64,000 nucleotides of DNA. Origin: Candidatus Sumerlaeaceae bacterium. GTDB taxonomy: Bacteria > Sumerlaeota > Sumerlaeia > Sumerlaeales > Sumerlaeaceae. Position numbers and translations under genes: made by a program. The stretch is from NCBI GenBank assembly GCA_049968255.1, contig JBMFRB010000006.1, positions 103,800 through 167,799 of the forward strand, in the 5' to 3' direction. Each line of letters opens with the position of its first letter. The first letter of the stretch is position 1. Positions 9,413-19,135 of this stretch are shown piece after piece. Under the pieces are notes generated by a model. That model had not been told where the DNA came from, ran no database searches, and saw only the letters and a program-made list of their open reading frames with translations.

Positions 9413-11616
9413 TGGGTGGTTCGCTCGTCAACTGAGAAAATTCGGAACACTGTTACACCGGGTGGAATTCGCACCCGCTGCGTACTGCAGTGCGAGAGAA
9501 GACTCTCGTAGAGCTGCCATTCGTGTGGCGAGAACCTTGGCTTCCAATAGCGGGCCAGCTGCGGGGCTAGCTCAGTATCGTTGACGAGAATCCAGGCAAT
9601 TCCACGGCGATGAAGCGCTTTGAGTAAGGCGGGAACATCAGTGGTTTTCTCCTCCCGCATTATGGCAAGAATGGCCGGGGTGTCGAACCAGTCGCTCCAA
9701 ATGCCCTCGAACGGTGCATAGAAAATTCTATGTTCGCCAATGAGGAGCACTTTTTCCCCCGTGCGCACGTGATCGCCAAGCCAACGGTATGCGCGATAGT
9801 AATTCAATGCCTCGGCCAGATACTCATCACGGGAAAGCGCCCCAGAAAGATACGCGCTCGTCGGTGGACGATGAATGGTGGTCACGTACTGGACGTTGTA
9901 GAGAAGCCCGTAAAACGCGGTTAGCGCGCACGCGATGAAGCCCGCGCGACGCGCCCAGCTCTGCATTGCTAAATGGGAAAGGCCAAAGGACGCTCCGAGA
10001 AAAAACAGAGCGGTTGGGGGACCGAGCATACGGTTGCTCTGATACGTGAAGAACCAGAGCGCGTAGAGGAGCAACGCAAACACAAAGATGAAGATGTGCC
10101 ATGTGCGCCCTGTGCGAGCACGGCAAAGAAGAAAACCGGGCGCGGCGAGCAGCAAGCCAACAAGCAGGTGGGCACTGAGGAAGTGGTGCTCGAAGGCTAT
10201 CCAGTGAAAGGTTGCAGCCAGGGGCGAAAGGAGAACATTTGCAGGAGTCTTTGAGATTCCTTTTTCCGCCATCTTTGCTGCGTAGAGGGAAACATTCGCG
10301 GGGCCGAATTCCCCGTACCCGAAAATCGAGCCAGCCAACGGATAGAGTGGATTTCCGGTGTAGGCGATGTTTTTCGCAAACCAAACAAACGAGGTCAGCA
10401 CCATGAGTGCGAGAGCGAAAAGAAAGTTCCGCACGAGTTTGCGAATGGGTCTTGGTTGAGAACGTTGAGCAGTGAGGTGAAGGCTCAGCACGGCAGGAAT
10501 CATCAAGGCTACGTAGGCTAGGCTCGTATACTTTGTGCCAAGGGCGGCGCCAAGGACAGAACCTAAAACAGCAAAATCAGACAGTCGGCCGCGTTCTAGT
10601 GCAAGATAGGCAGCAAAAATGCTGACAAGCCAGTAGAACGTGACCGCCTGATCAATGAAAGGCCAGGCGGCGACAATGGCATGGGCTGGCATCGTCCAGT
10701 AAAGCCACGTTGGAAGCCATGCGACGACTTGGCCAACAGACGAGCGGCTCCAACGGCGTGCGTGCGCGTGTAACATACGCGCTGTCATCGCGTACAACGT
10801 TCCGCCGGCTGCTAAAAAGAACGTGAAGTGAACGAGCTGGGCTTGCTCAGGCAAGCCGGCCGCAACCCCAAAAGCAAAGTGCATCTCGATGAGAAAGGGA
10901 AAGTTACTGAAGGCGTTAAGGGGGAGGTAAACAACACGCCCACGGCGAAGCCACTCCTGTATGGCTGCAAGATGATAGCGCATCCCATCGGACTGAATCG
11001 GTGGCGTGAGGGCGTACAGAAGCAAGAAAAATAGATAAATTGTTATTAACGTTGAGAGAGCAGTGAAGACTGGCGTTTTCCCCCCTAACCGCAAATGCGC
11101 CCATTTGCCTCGCCAACACGCACGTGCAGAGGGGACAAAAAACAGCCAGCCAACGAGAAGCATGGCTATAAACCCCCCGCTGCGGAAGCCCCCAGCCAGC
11201 CCCATCACTACTGTGGCTAGACCTAACCACAAAATGCCCAGAGAAAAGCGCAAAATTGTGCGCTCGTTGCGGGTGAGGTGATAGAGCAAAAAGCGTTGCC
11301 CCAGCCCACCCCAGCCTAGGACAGCGCCTAGCCACACGAAAAACAGTCCGATATTTTTCCATGTCTCAGCGCGGAGAAGAAACGCAGGCAACGCACTGAC
11401 AATTGCTGTTATCCCGTTAATGAGTTTACTAGGTGAGATAGCAGCATCCCATTGATTTGGGCTAGGCTGATCGGAGGGCCAATTGCACCAAATTGGCAAC
11501 GCGACAGCGACGACAAATGCTTGCACGACTAGTGTCGTGGCTATAAGATGTGTCGCACGCTGGCTCAAGCTCGGCGTCATGCTCCAGGTTTTTTTAGTTG
11601 GTTTTGGGACGCTCAC
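9409..11616 (-). CDS. Large polytopic membrane protein, GT-C-like glycosyltransferase
   Basis: More than 12 hydrophobic segments; DGMRYHL, GTKYT, GNPLYPL motifs; soluble C-terminal domain. Paralogous motifs occur at 44423-46354. Confidence 0.65.
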   Translation of the reverse strand: MSVPKPTKKTWSMTPSLSQRATHLIATTLVVQAFVVAVALPIWCNWPSDQPSPNQWDAAISPSKLINGITAIVSALPAFLLRAETWKNIGLFFVWLGAVLGWGGLGQRFLLYHLTRNERTILRFSLGILWLGLATVVMGLAGGFRSGGFIAMLLVGWLFFVPSARACWRGKWAHLRLGGKTPVFTALSTLITIYLFFLLLYALTPPIQSDGMRYHLAAIQEWLRRGRVVYLPLNAFSNFPFLIEMHFAFGVAAGLPEQAQLVHFTFFLAAGGTLYAMTARMLHAHARRWSRSSVGQVVAWLPTWLYWTMPAHAIVAAWPFIDQAVTFYWLVSIFAAYLALERGRLSDFAVLGSVLGAALGTKYTSLAYVALMIPAVLSLHLTAQRSQPRPIRKLVRNFLFALALMVLTSFVWFAKNIAYTGNPLYPLAGSIFGYGEFGPANVSLYAAKMAEKGISKTPANVLLSPLAATFHWIAFEHHFLSAHLLVGLLLAAPGFLLCRARTGRTWHIFIFVFALLLYALWFFTYQSNRMLGPPTALFFLGASFGLSHLAMQSWARRAGFIACALTAFYGLLYNVQYVTTIHRPPTSAYLSGALSRDEYLAEALNYYRAYRWLGDHVRTGEKVLLIGEHRIFYAPFEGIWSDWFDTPAILAIMREEKTTDVPALLKALHRRGIAWILVNDTELAPQLARYWKPRFSPHEWQLYESLLSHCSTQRVRIPPGVTVFRIFSVDERTTQ

Positions 11617-11630
11617 AAATCTCTTCGTGC

Positions 11631-13283
11631 CTACCAGCGAAATGCGTTCTCACAGGCCGTGTCCGGGTCGCGTCCTTTTCCTGGGCCGTACAGGATCTTG
11701 CCCGGAAGTGCACCCGTGAGTTTCCCCTCCTCGATAACGAAACGTCCGTTGACCATCACGTAATCGAATCCCTCAGCATATGCATGAGGCTGATCGAACG
11801 TTGTTTTCTCTTTTACGCGATCAAGATCGAAAACGACGAGATCGGCAGTCATGCCCGGCCTCAGAATACCGCGATCGAAGATGTGCATGCGCTGAGCGGC
11901 CAGCGAGGTCATCCGGCGCACAGCTTCTTCAAGATGCAGCAGCTTCAGCTCGCGGACGTAGCGCTGAAGGATCCGTGCGTTGTTGCCATAGCCGCGAGGA
12001 TGGGGGACGCCGACACCGAAGGCGCGCACACCAGAGTCCGACGCAAACGCGGTGTTGTGATGGCAAGCCACACGTTGGACATCGTCTTCGGCCATACTGT
12101 GGAAGACCATACTGGCGCCACCGCTGGTCATAATATCCACGACAACCTGCGCTTGCGCATGCCAAGAATCGCAACCGTAGCGCTCGCGTGCGAGTTCTAA
12201 CAGGTTCTTGCCATTGATTGATGGATCCGCCCGGCAGCTAGCCACGACGGCATAGCCGAGATCTTTCCGGCCGGACTTATCACGGCGCTCTTCGATGATC
12301 CCTGCGATGATTTTTTCGCGCGTAGCCGGATCTCGTAGACGCGACTGTACTTCCTCGCGCGTTCCTTCGACGGCCCAGTCGGGCAACATAGTCGAGATGC
12401 TCGTGGATGAGGCTGTGTAAACATATTGGTCGCACGCGACGTCAATACCGGAGTCCCGTGCTTTGTCCATCATGGCGAGTGTGATTGTGGTTTGGCCGAA
12501 ACGCATGGGTGCGACAATTTTGTGGTGCGAGACCTGAACGGGAATCTTCGCAGCGAGGCCGACTGTCAGAGCCTCATCCAAAGCGTTGATCACGTCGATT
12601 CCTTCGCTGCGCATGTGGGTGGCGTAGATGCCGCCGAAGCGAGCCACTTCCTTGGCTAGCTCAGTAATTTCCGGCGTTTTTGAGTAGATGCCTGGCGTGT
12701 AGATAAGGCCGGTGGAGAGACCGAGGGCGCCGTCTTTCATGGCTTCGCGGACGAGGCGCTTCATTTCGGCAAGTTCGGTGGTGCTAGGATCGCGTGCGAC
12801 GTTTTTCATTACGGCGAAGCGCACCGTATTGTGGCCAATGAGTGAGGCAACATTCACCCCGAGGCCGCGCAGCGACATCGATGTGAACGCTTCATCGAGA
12901 CGTAGATAGGAACTGCCGCAATTGCCCGTGATCACAGTGGTCACGCCCATACGCACGAAGTTCTCGGCCTGGGGCATCTTGAGGAGATCATCTTCGCAAT
13001 GCGTGTGCACGTCCACAAAACCGGGCGTGACGTAGCGCTCGTGGGCATCAATGACTAGCGGCGCTGTGGCGCAAGGATCCAACTTGCCGATTGTGGCGAT
13101 CTTCTCGCCCTTGATTGCCACATCGCCACGGAACCAAGGTGCAGCCGTGCCATCAATGATTCGGCCGTTGCGGATGATGATATCGTAGTGAGGCGGCGTG
13201 GCTAGGTCATTTGCGGAGAAAGCAGTCAGCGCAGCTTCAAATACGGCCGCCACTCCAAGTAGCCAGAGGGGATGTTTTGGCAT
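11631..13283 (-). CDS. N-acyl-D-amino-acid deacylase (amidohydrolase) with signal peptide
   Basis: PGFVDVHTH, GVTTVITGNCG, GLSTGLIY, THMRSE, SHHK, PHPRGYG. Start at 13283 after AGGAGG. Confidence 0.9.
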   Translation of the reverse strand: MPKHPLWLLGVAAVFEAALTAFSANDLATPPHYDIIIRNGRIIDGTAAPWFRGDVAIKGEKIATIGKLDPCATAPLVIDAHERYVTPGFVDVHTHCEDDLLKMPQAENFVRMGVTTVITGNCGSSYLRLDEAFTSMSLRGLGVNVASLIGHNTVRFAVMKNVARDPSTTELAEMKRLVREAMKDGALGLSTGLIYTPGIYSKTPEITELAKEVARFGGIYATHMRSEGIDVINALDEALTVGLAAKIPVQVSHHKIVAPMRFGQTTITLAMMDKARDSGIDVACDQYVYTASSTSISTMLPDWAVEGTREEVQSRLRDPATREKIIAGIIEERRDKSGRKDLGYAVVASCRADPSINGKNLLELARERYGCDSWHAQAQVVVDIMTSGGASMVFHSMAEDDVQRVACHHNTAFASDSGVRAFGVGVPHPRGYGNNARILQRYVRELKLLHLEEAVRRMTSLAAQRMHIFDRGILRPGMTADLVVFDLDRVKEKTTFDQPHAYAEGFDYVMVNGRFVIEEGKLTGALPGKILYGPGKGRDPDTACENAFRW

Positions 13284-13376
13284 GCTTATGGATCCTCCTA
13301 ACATTTCATTTTCACTGAAAAGTATCGGCTTGAGGCGTTGACACGTGTCACTGCCCGCACGATGCTTTGCGCCGCT

Positions 13377-14783
13377 ATGCAAAAGAGTTCATCCAGCCAA
13401 CCAACACTTGCCGAACTTTTTCGCAATGGCAATTTCGTGAAGTTCTGGGTTGGGCAGGTCATTTCGTATTTGGGTGACCGGGTCGACCAAATGGCGATGA
13501 TTGCTGTGGTGAGCGCGGGCGTGAAGGGGGCCATTGCTGCAGATCGCGCAAATATGATCACCTTCTGGGCCACCCTGCCGTACGTTTTTATGAGTTTTAT
13601 TGCGGGCCCTGTCGTTGATCGCTTTGATCGCCGACGCCTTATGATTGCGCTCGATATTTTTCGTGCGCTTGTTGTTGTGGCTCTGCCCTTCACAATTTCG
13701 CCTGAGCACGACGTGAGGGTCATCTATGCGCTGGTCCTTCTTATTGGATGTGCCACGGCGATCTTTGCTCCGGCAAAGAGCGCGTTTCTGCCGGAAATCG
13801 TTTCCGAGCGGCAATTGTTGCGTGCGAACTCTGTGACCGCTACCATGGGCACTCTAACGACGCTTTTCGGTACCATGATTGGCGGTGCTCTTGTGTCCGG
13901 TCTCTCGCGACTGAACGATATCGCGCACCACACGATTCCAGCACTCAGCGTCATTAAGATGCCTTTAGGAATCGCAGCTGCTTTCGTGATAGATTCTGCC
14001 AGTTATTTGGTGTCGGCTCTGCTGCTCTGGTTGATCGTGGTTCAGGCTCAGGAGCGGGACCAAGTTGCGAAGCGCCAGTCGGCCTTTCGTTCGGAAGATG
14101 GCTTCTTGCGCCGTGCCTTCGATGGGGTGATCTTCTTGGCGCGGCATCGCGTGCCCGCTGTAGCAGCTTTTATGGTTTCGTGGTTTTTCTTTATTGGAGG
14201 AGGTTATTTCACGCTGACGACTAAGCTCACGTACCTTCGGCTTGTGAAATCGGAAGCCAATGCCACGCTGCAGTTGGGTTTGGCTTACGGCGTTTTGGGG
14301 CTTGGTCTTGCGATCGGTGGAATTCTTGCAGGGCGAGTGGCGGCGCACTTGCATCTTCGCTATTTTTTGCCCGCGTGCTTTGTCACGGCGGCAGCCCTCA
14401 TGTTGCTGAATCTTTTGCCGCTGCCACCGGCGACACTCTACTGGGTGAATTTGGCTATTGGTCTGGCAGCAGGTGGGGTCGTGGTTTCGACGGAAACGGT
14501 CATGCAACGCGCTGTGCCTGACCAAATGCGTGGGCGCGTGTTTGCGTTCAACAATCTGGTGCTCAACATTCTACTTTTGAGCTCCATTCTCGCAGGGAGC
14601 ACGATATTGAAAGAGGGCGGGGAACTAGCGGCCCGCTTCGGCGGCGATGAGCAGCGACTTGCTCAGCTCGCGTTGATCTTGAGCGGGCTTGCGATGATTG
14701 GCGCAGGCGTCGGTGCAATAGGTTTTCCGCGCGGATTGTCGATCGCCACAGTGCGCCAAACTGATGCTTCGCAGGCCGACTAA
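13377..14783 (+). CDS. MFS transporter (DHA3/MefA-like)
   Basis: NFVKFWVGQVISYLGD, motif A GPVVDRFDRRRLM, QRAVPDQMRGRV, about 12 TM segments. Confidence 0.88.
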   Translation: MQKSSSSQPTLAELFRNGNFVKFWVGQVISYLGDRVDQMAMIAVVSAGVKGAIAADRANMITFWATLPYVFMSFIAGPVVDRFDRRRLMIALDIFRALVVVALPFTISPEHDVRVIYALVLLIGCATAIFAPAKSAFLPEIVSERQLLRANSVTATMGTLTTLFGTMIGGALVSGLSRLNDIAHHTIPALSVIKMPLGIAAAFVIDSASYLVSALLLWLIVVQAQERDQVAKRQSAFRSEDGFLRRAFDGVIFLARHRVPAVAAFMVSWFFFIGGGYFTLTTKLTYLRLVKSEANATLQLGLAYGVLGLGLAIGGILAGRVAAHLHLRYFLPACFVTAAALMLLNLLPLPPATLYWVNLAIGLAAGGVVVSTETVMQRAVPDQMRGRVFAFNNLVLNILLLSSILAGSTILKEGGELAARFGGDEQRLAQLALILSGLAMIGAGVGAIGFPRGLSIATVRQTDASQAD

Positions 14784-14833
14784 GTCGCGTGAATGCCGCG
14801 CGAGGCCATGAATCCTGAGCAAGTGCGACGCTT

Positions 14834-16417
14834 TTAGTAAAGTGGTTCCTTCGGGCGCGCCTGTTTGACAGAATCTGGCGGCTTTGCGCAACGTTCATAG
14901 AGAAGCAGCATGGACCAGATACGGCGTGCGAGGTCATGCGTGAGCTGGCCTTCGGTGAGTCGCCAAGTCCAGTTGCCTTCCGCGCGGCCAGGGAAATTCA
15001 TTCGTGCATCCGAATCAAGCCCCAGAAAGTCCTGGGCGGGTACAATTGCCGTGTTGGCAACTGACATGAAGCTGGCGCGGATAAGATCCCAATTGGCCGC
15101 ATTGCCGTCGGTGGCGAGATAGAGCTGCATGCACGTGCGCTCCTCGGGTTTTGAGCTGTGCCGCCACCAACCGATCGTCGTGTCGTTGTCATGTGTTCCG
15201 GTATAGACCACTGTGTTGGCGTCGTGATGATGCAGCATGAAGGGATTGTTGGGATCTGGGACAAAAGGATCTGTCGTGATGACCGACCAAGCAAACTGCA
15301 TGACACGCATCCCGGGAAAACCGAATTCTTTGCGAACGGCAACGACATCGGTTGTGATTTCGCCGAGGTCTTCTGCAATAATGGGAAGTGAGCCAAGATA
15401 GCGTTTGAGCACTTCAAAGAGTTTGCGGCCTGGCCCACGAACCCACTGACCAGTTTCTGCAGTGGGACTACCATAGGGCACGCTCCAATAGCCCATGAAA
15501 CCGCGAAAATGATCGAGGCGAACGATGTCCACGAGAGCAAAAATCGAGCGCATGCGATCCACCCACCACTCGAAGCCCTGGCGCTCCATGAGCTTCCAAT
15601 TGTAGATGGGATTGCCCCAGAGCTGGCCCGTGACACTGAAATAATCCGGCGGAACGCCGGCCACGTGGGTGGGAGTGCCGTGTTCATCCAGGAGGAAGAG
15701 CTCTTGGTGAGCCCACACGTCCGCGCTGTCGTAGGCGACATAGATGGGGGCGTCGCCGATCATCTCGATGCCACGGCGATGGCACTCGGCGCGAAGAGCA
15801 TCCCATTGGCGAAAGAAGAGAAATTGTGCGAAGCGATGATAGTCGATGAGCTCTGCAAATTGCTTGCGGGCTTTTTGCAGCGCTGATTTGCGGAATGAGC
15901 ACAACTCCGGTTCCCAAGTGTACCACGGCGCACCGCCATGGGAATCCTTGCACGCCATGAAGAGGGCAAAATCATCAAGCCACTTGGCAACATCCTGGCG
16001 TGCGGCAAACCGCACGAACTCTTCGCGAAGCCATGTGAATTTGTCGTCAAAGAACCGGCGAAATGCCTTTTGCAAAAGCTCACGCTTCCACTGAATCACC
16101 CAGCCATAGTCCACGCGATGCGCGGGAAATGGGGGAGGCGAGATTTCCTCGGGGGTCAACAGCCCCTCGGCCACAAGCTGCTCGGGACTGATGAGCAGGG
16201 GGTTCCCGGCAAAAGCCGAAAAACACTGGTAGGGGCTGTCGCCAAAACTTGTGGGCCCAAGCGGAAGAACTTGCCAATACGCAAGGCCCGCCGACTGCAT
16301 CCACTCAAGGAAGCGGTAAGCTTGCGGGCCAAGATCCCCAATTCCGAAGGGTCCCGGCAGGCTCGTCGGGTGCAACAGGATTCCAGCAAGACGCCGATCC
16401 AGCGGCATAAGATCCAT
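14834..16417 (-). CDS. malQ: 4-alpha-glucanotransferase (amylomaltase, GH77)
   Basis: GILLHPTSLP, WQVLPLGPT, GVPPDYFS.TGQLWGNP, RLDHFRG, IAEDLG, YTGTHDNDT. Confidence 0.97.
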   Translation of the reverse strand: MDLMPLDRRLAGILLHPTSLPGPFGIGDLGPQAYRFLEWMQSAGLAYWQVLPLGPTSFGDSPYQCFSAFAGNPLLISPEQLVAEGLLTPEEISPPPFPAHRVDYGWVIQWKRELLQKAFRRFFDDKFTWLREEFVRFAARQDVAKWLDDFALFMACKDSHGGAPWYTWEPELCSFRKSALQKARKQFAELIDYHRFAQFLFFRQWDALRAECHRRGIEMIGDAPIYVAYDSADVWAHQELFLLDEHGTPTHVAGVPPDYFSVTGQLWGNPIYNWKLMERQGFEWWVDRMRSIFALVDIVRLDHFRGFMGYWSVPYGSPTAETGQWVRGPGRKLFEVLKRYLGSLPIIAEDLGEITTDVVAVRKEFGFPGMRVMQFAWSVITTDPFVPDPNNPFMLHHHDANTVVYTGTHDNDTTIGWWRHSSKPEERTCMQLYLATDGNAANWDLIRASFMSVANTAIVPAQDFLGLDSDARMNFPGRAEGNWTWRLTEGQLTHDLARRIWSMLLLYERCAKPPDSVKQARPKEPLY

Positions 16418-16516
16418 CGCTCCTGAACGAAAATCAAGCGGCCCGTCATACGAGCCCGATTTGCGTAACAGCGCGAGGGGGAAGGTATTCTTGAACTTGC
16501 AGTGCGCCGCGCGATC

Positions 16517-16966
16517 TCAGGGGATATCGCGGCCCTCTGTGGTGAGAACAATGCGACCATGCTTGACGCCCTTGCTGGCAACGAGCTCATCCGCGAGCGC
16601 CCGCACACGGCCCGCCTCGCCACGAAGAATCACGACTTCAAGGCAATTGTCATTGTCGAGATGCACGTGCGTGGCTGAGACGACTAGGTCGGTGTGGTGA
16701 TGTTGCAAGTCACCGAGACGCTCTGACACTTGGTGGTTGTGGTGATCATAGACTAGCGTCACCGTAGCAGCCACCTTGCCTTTTGCGTCGCGCCATTGTT
16801 CCTCCACAAGTTTTGCTCGGATGAGATCGCGAATGGCCTCGCTCCGGTTTGCATACCCTTGTTTTGCAATAAGCTGATCGAACTTTGCGAGAAGTCTCGC
16901 ATCCATGGAAACCGTGTAGCGAGCCGCTCCCCGCTCGTTGGACTCTTTTTTCACCAAAGCACTCAC
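16517..16966 (-). CDS. nikR: Nickel-responsive regulator NikR
   Basis: Ribbon-helix-helix RYTVSMD...GYANRSEAIRDLIR, VYDHH, and Ni ligands QHHH, THVHL and NCLEV. Confidence 0.95.
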   Translation of the reverse strand: MSALVKKESNERGAARYTVSMDARLLAKFDQLIAKQGYANRSEAIRDLIRAKLVEEQWRDAKGKVAATVTLVYDHHNHQVSERLGDLQHHHTDLVVSATHVHLDNDNCLEVVILRGEAGRVRALADELVASKGVKHGRIVLTTEGRDIP

Positions 16967-17177
16967 CTCAGAGTTTCAACTTTTGTCGCTGACCACATCT
17001 ACTGTGTATGCTGCGCAAATCAGCGTTTTCAATTGTTCAGAGTATCGCCCGCTTCTGGACTGCCACATTTTCCTCATGCTCTACGGAAAGCTAACCGAAA
17101 ACGAAGGTTCAAGCTCGCGCGGGAGGCAGTATGCTTAGAGTTGAATAAAAATTGGTGGGATTTTGTTGCATTGCAGT

Positions 17178-17204
17178 GTCATACGATTTTTAAAAACGTG
17201 TGAA
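17178..17204. promoter_or_regulatory. Candidate NikR operator GTCATAC-N13-GTGTGAA
   Basis: 17179-17203 TCATACGATTTTTAAAAACGTGTGA is an inverted repeat with 10 of 12 symmetric pairs matching and an A/T core. It abuts the AAGGAG RBS of the prepilin gene, in the region divergent from nikR. Confidence 0.6.
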
Positions 17205-17219
17205 AGGAGATTGTTTTCG

Positions 17220-17852
17220 ATGTTCATGTCCCACCGCAGTACCTTCTCGTCGCGTTCCAGAGCATTCACGCTCATTGAGCTGCTTATTGTGGTCGCCATC
17301 ATTGCGATTCTTGCGGCCATTGCTGTGCCAAATTTCTTAGAAGCACAAGTGCGCTCGAAAGTGGCGCGCTGCAAGGCCGACATGCGGTCGATGGCTACAG
17401 CTGTAGAGTCGTACGCCGTGGACAACAACACGTATCCTCTCTACGGTCAGATCAAACCGGACAACTCGGTTTACGAGCCAGCAACAACCGTGGGTATGTA
17501 CGACAAAAATGAATTCCCGATGTATACCATCACCACGCCGATTGCCTATATCACGTCGCGTTTTGAGGATCCCTTTGCGACGAAAATTCCAGGACCCGAG
17601 CCATACATTCGCTACATCAACTATATCAACCTACCATATCACCTGTACACATTGAACAATCCAATGTCTGAAGCAGATAAGCAGGATATTCTCAACAAGT
17701 CCGGACAGTGGCGGATGATTGCTTGCGGGCCAGACGGCGACCGGGGCGCGGATGCGAAGCTCAACATTATTTATGATCCGACCAATGGGACAGTCAGCAA
17801 TGGCGACATCGTGCGAACGCAAAAGTACAGTGAAAGCGTGCCACGGCAGTGA
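17220..17852 (+). CDS. Type IV prepilin / GspG-like pseudopilin
   Basis: RA|FTLIELLIVVAIIAILAAIAVPNF N-methylation motif with E5; C-terminal CGPDGD and YDPTNGTVSNGDI; AAGGAG RBS before ATG 17220. Confidence 0.9.
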   Translation: MFMSHRSTFSSRSRAFTLIELLIVVAIIAILAAIAVPNFLEAQVRSKVARCKADMRSMATAVESYAVDNNTYPLYGQIKPDNSVYEPATTVGMYDKNEFPMYTITTPIAYITSRFEDPFATKIPGPEPYIRYINYINLPYHLYTLNNPMSEADKQDILNKSGQWRMIACGPDGDRGADAKLNIIYDPTNGTVSNGDIVRTQKYSESVPRQ

Positions 17853-17957
17853 GGCAACTGTGCTTGCGTGTGGCGCGTAAGCTCTGTATAAAGGCCATAG
17901 CCAAAATAGAGCTTGGGTTTGCTCTCGACGATATGCAACGGAGGAAGGACTTGGGCA

Positions 17958-18521
17958 ATGCACGATTCACCCTATGAACATAGTCATGGTTCGGCAGAAT
18001 TTTCCGTACGAGTCGTGCGGAAAGCAGCAAGCGGCCCTAACGTATGGAATCGAGGCAAGGAGCCAGCCGACTGGTGGCAAGAGCTCATCAATAGGCATGG
18101 TCACGTCGGACCTTGGAACGTCCTCGGCTATCGGATGGGTCGATACATCTTGCGTGAGCTAGGAACACCGTGGGGTAGTCACGAATACGTGATTACAGCT
18201 CACATTCCTCCGACGACACCTTATTCGTGTATTCTCGATGGCCTAGCCGTAGGTACGGGCAACAGTGAAGGGCGGCTCGACCTGTTGTGGGCGGAGGTTG
18301 CTCTGCCCGAGCTCACCCACGTTAGCGTGCGTCGCGCGTCGGATCGCAAACTGCTGCTCGTGTTTCTTCCGCGTCCTGAATATCTGGAGCGCATTAGCCA
18401 AGGAACGGTGCGTGACCTCGAGCAGCAGTCACGCGAGTGCGAAAAGCTCGCAGAGAGCGAACTTTTCGAAGTGCGCTGGTTGGAGCCAGCGCTACAGGGG
18501 CCTAGTTATTTGCGTTTATAG
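17958..18521 (+). CDS. FmdE-family metal-binding protein
   Basis: HGHVGPWNVLGYRMG...SCILDGL...GNSEG matches the FmdE pattern. His-rich N-terminus MHDSPYEHSHG; GGAGG RBS before ATG 17958. Confidence 0.75.
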   Translation: MHDSPYEHSHGSAEFSVRVVRKAASGPNVWNRGKEPADWWQELINRHGHVGPWNVLGYRMGRYILRELGTPWGSHEYVITAHIPPTTPYSCILDGLAVGTGNSEGRLDLLWAEVALPELTHVSVRRASDRKLLLVFLPRPEYLERISQGTVRDLEQQSRECEKLAESELFEVRWLEPALQGPSYLRL

Positions 18522-19075
18522 CGCCCCATCAGCATGCCCTCAGCGAGAATGTGGCCTTTCATGGCGTCGAGCAATTGGGCCTTTGTTAGGCCTGCGGGTT
18601 TGCCAAGAACAACATCGAGTGCGTAGACTTTGAAATAGTAACGGTGGGTGCCGCTGGGCGGACACGGCCCGCCATAGCCAAGGCGACGAAAATCGGTTAT
18701 CCCTTGCTTGGCTCCATTCGGAAGCTCGCCGACCTTTGGTAGGTTCTCGGGAAAGGTCGGCGAGCTGACGGGCCAGTCGTACAACACCCAGTGGACCCAG
18801 GTACCGCGCGGTGCATCGGGATCATCACTGATAAGGGCGAAGCTTTTTGCGCCCTGGGGAATTCCGTTGATCTGAAGTGGCGGCGACACATCAGCACCAT
18901 CGCAAGTATACTTGCTGGGAATCATTTCGCCTTCCGCGAACGCAGGGCTTGTGACTGTGAGTTTCATAGTTTGACCTCCGGTGGTTTCGGACGCGTTGAC
19001 TAGAATGGTGACGCAAAGCAAAGCGCCAACACACAGGGGGACCAGGATTTTCACGGGTGTGCGGCTGGCTCTCAT
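18506..19075 (-). CDS. YbhB/YbcL (PEBP / Raf kinase inhibitor-like) protein with signal peptide
   Basis: YTCDGADVSPPL, DDPDAP, WVHWV, YGGPCPPSGTHRY; AAGGAGG RBS. Confidence 0.93.
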   Translation of the reverse strand: MRASRTPVKILVPLCVGALLCVTILVNASETTGGQTMKLTVTSPAFAEGEMIPSKYTCDGADVSPPLQINGIPQGAKSFALISDDPDAPRGTWVHWVLYDWPVSSPTFPENLPKVGELPNGAKQGITDFRRLGYGGPCPPSGTHRYYFKVYALDVVLGKPAGLTKAQLLDAMKGHILAEGMLMGRYKRK

Positions 19076-19135
19076 TCAGAACCTCCTTCTGCGGGTTTTC
19101 TTACCGCAATTGAGTTTGACGAAACGCTTTCGATT

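Noticed and set aside
17151-17170. Sigma-54-like sequence TGGGATTTTGTTGCA upstream of the nikR-linked prepilin
   Set aside because: The GG to GC spacing is 9 nt rather than the required 10.
17129-17184. GTATGC and TCATAC as an E. coli-type NikR site
   Set aside because: The half-sites are 44 nt apart rather than 16. The 17178-17204 palindrome fits better.
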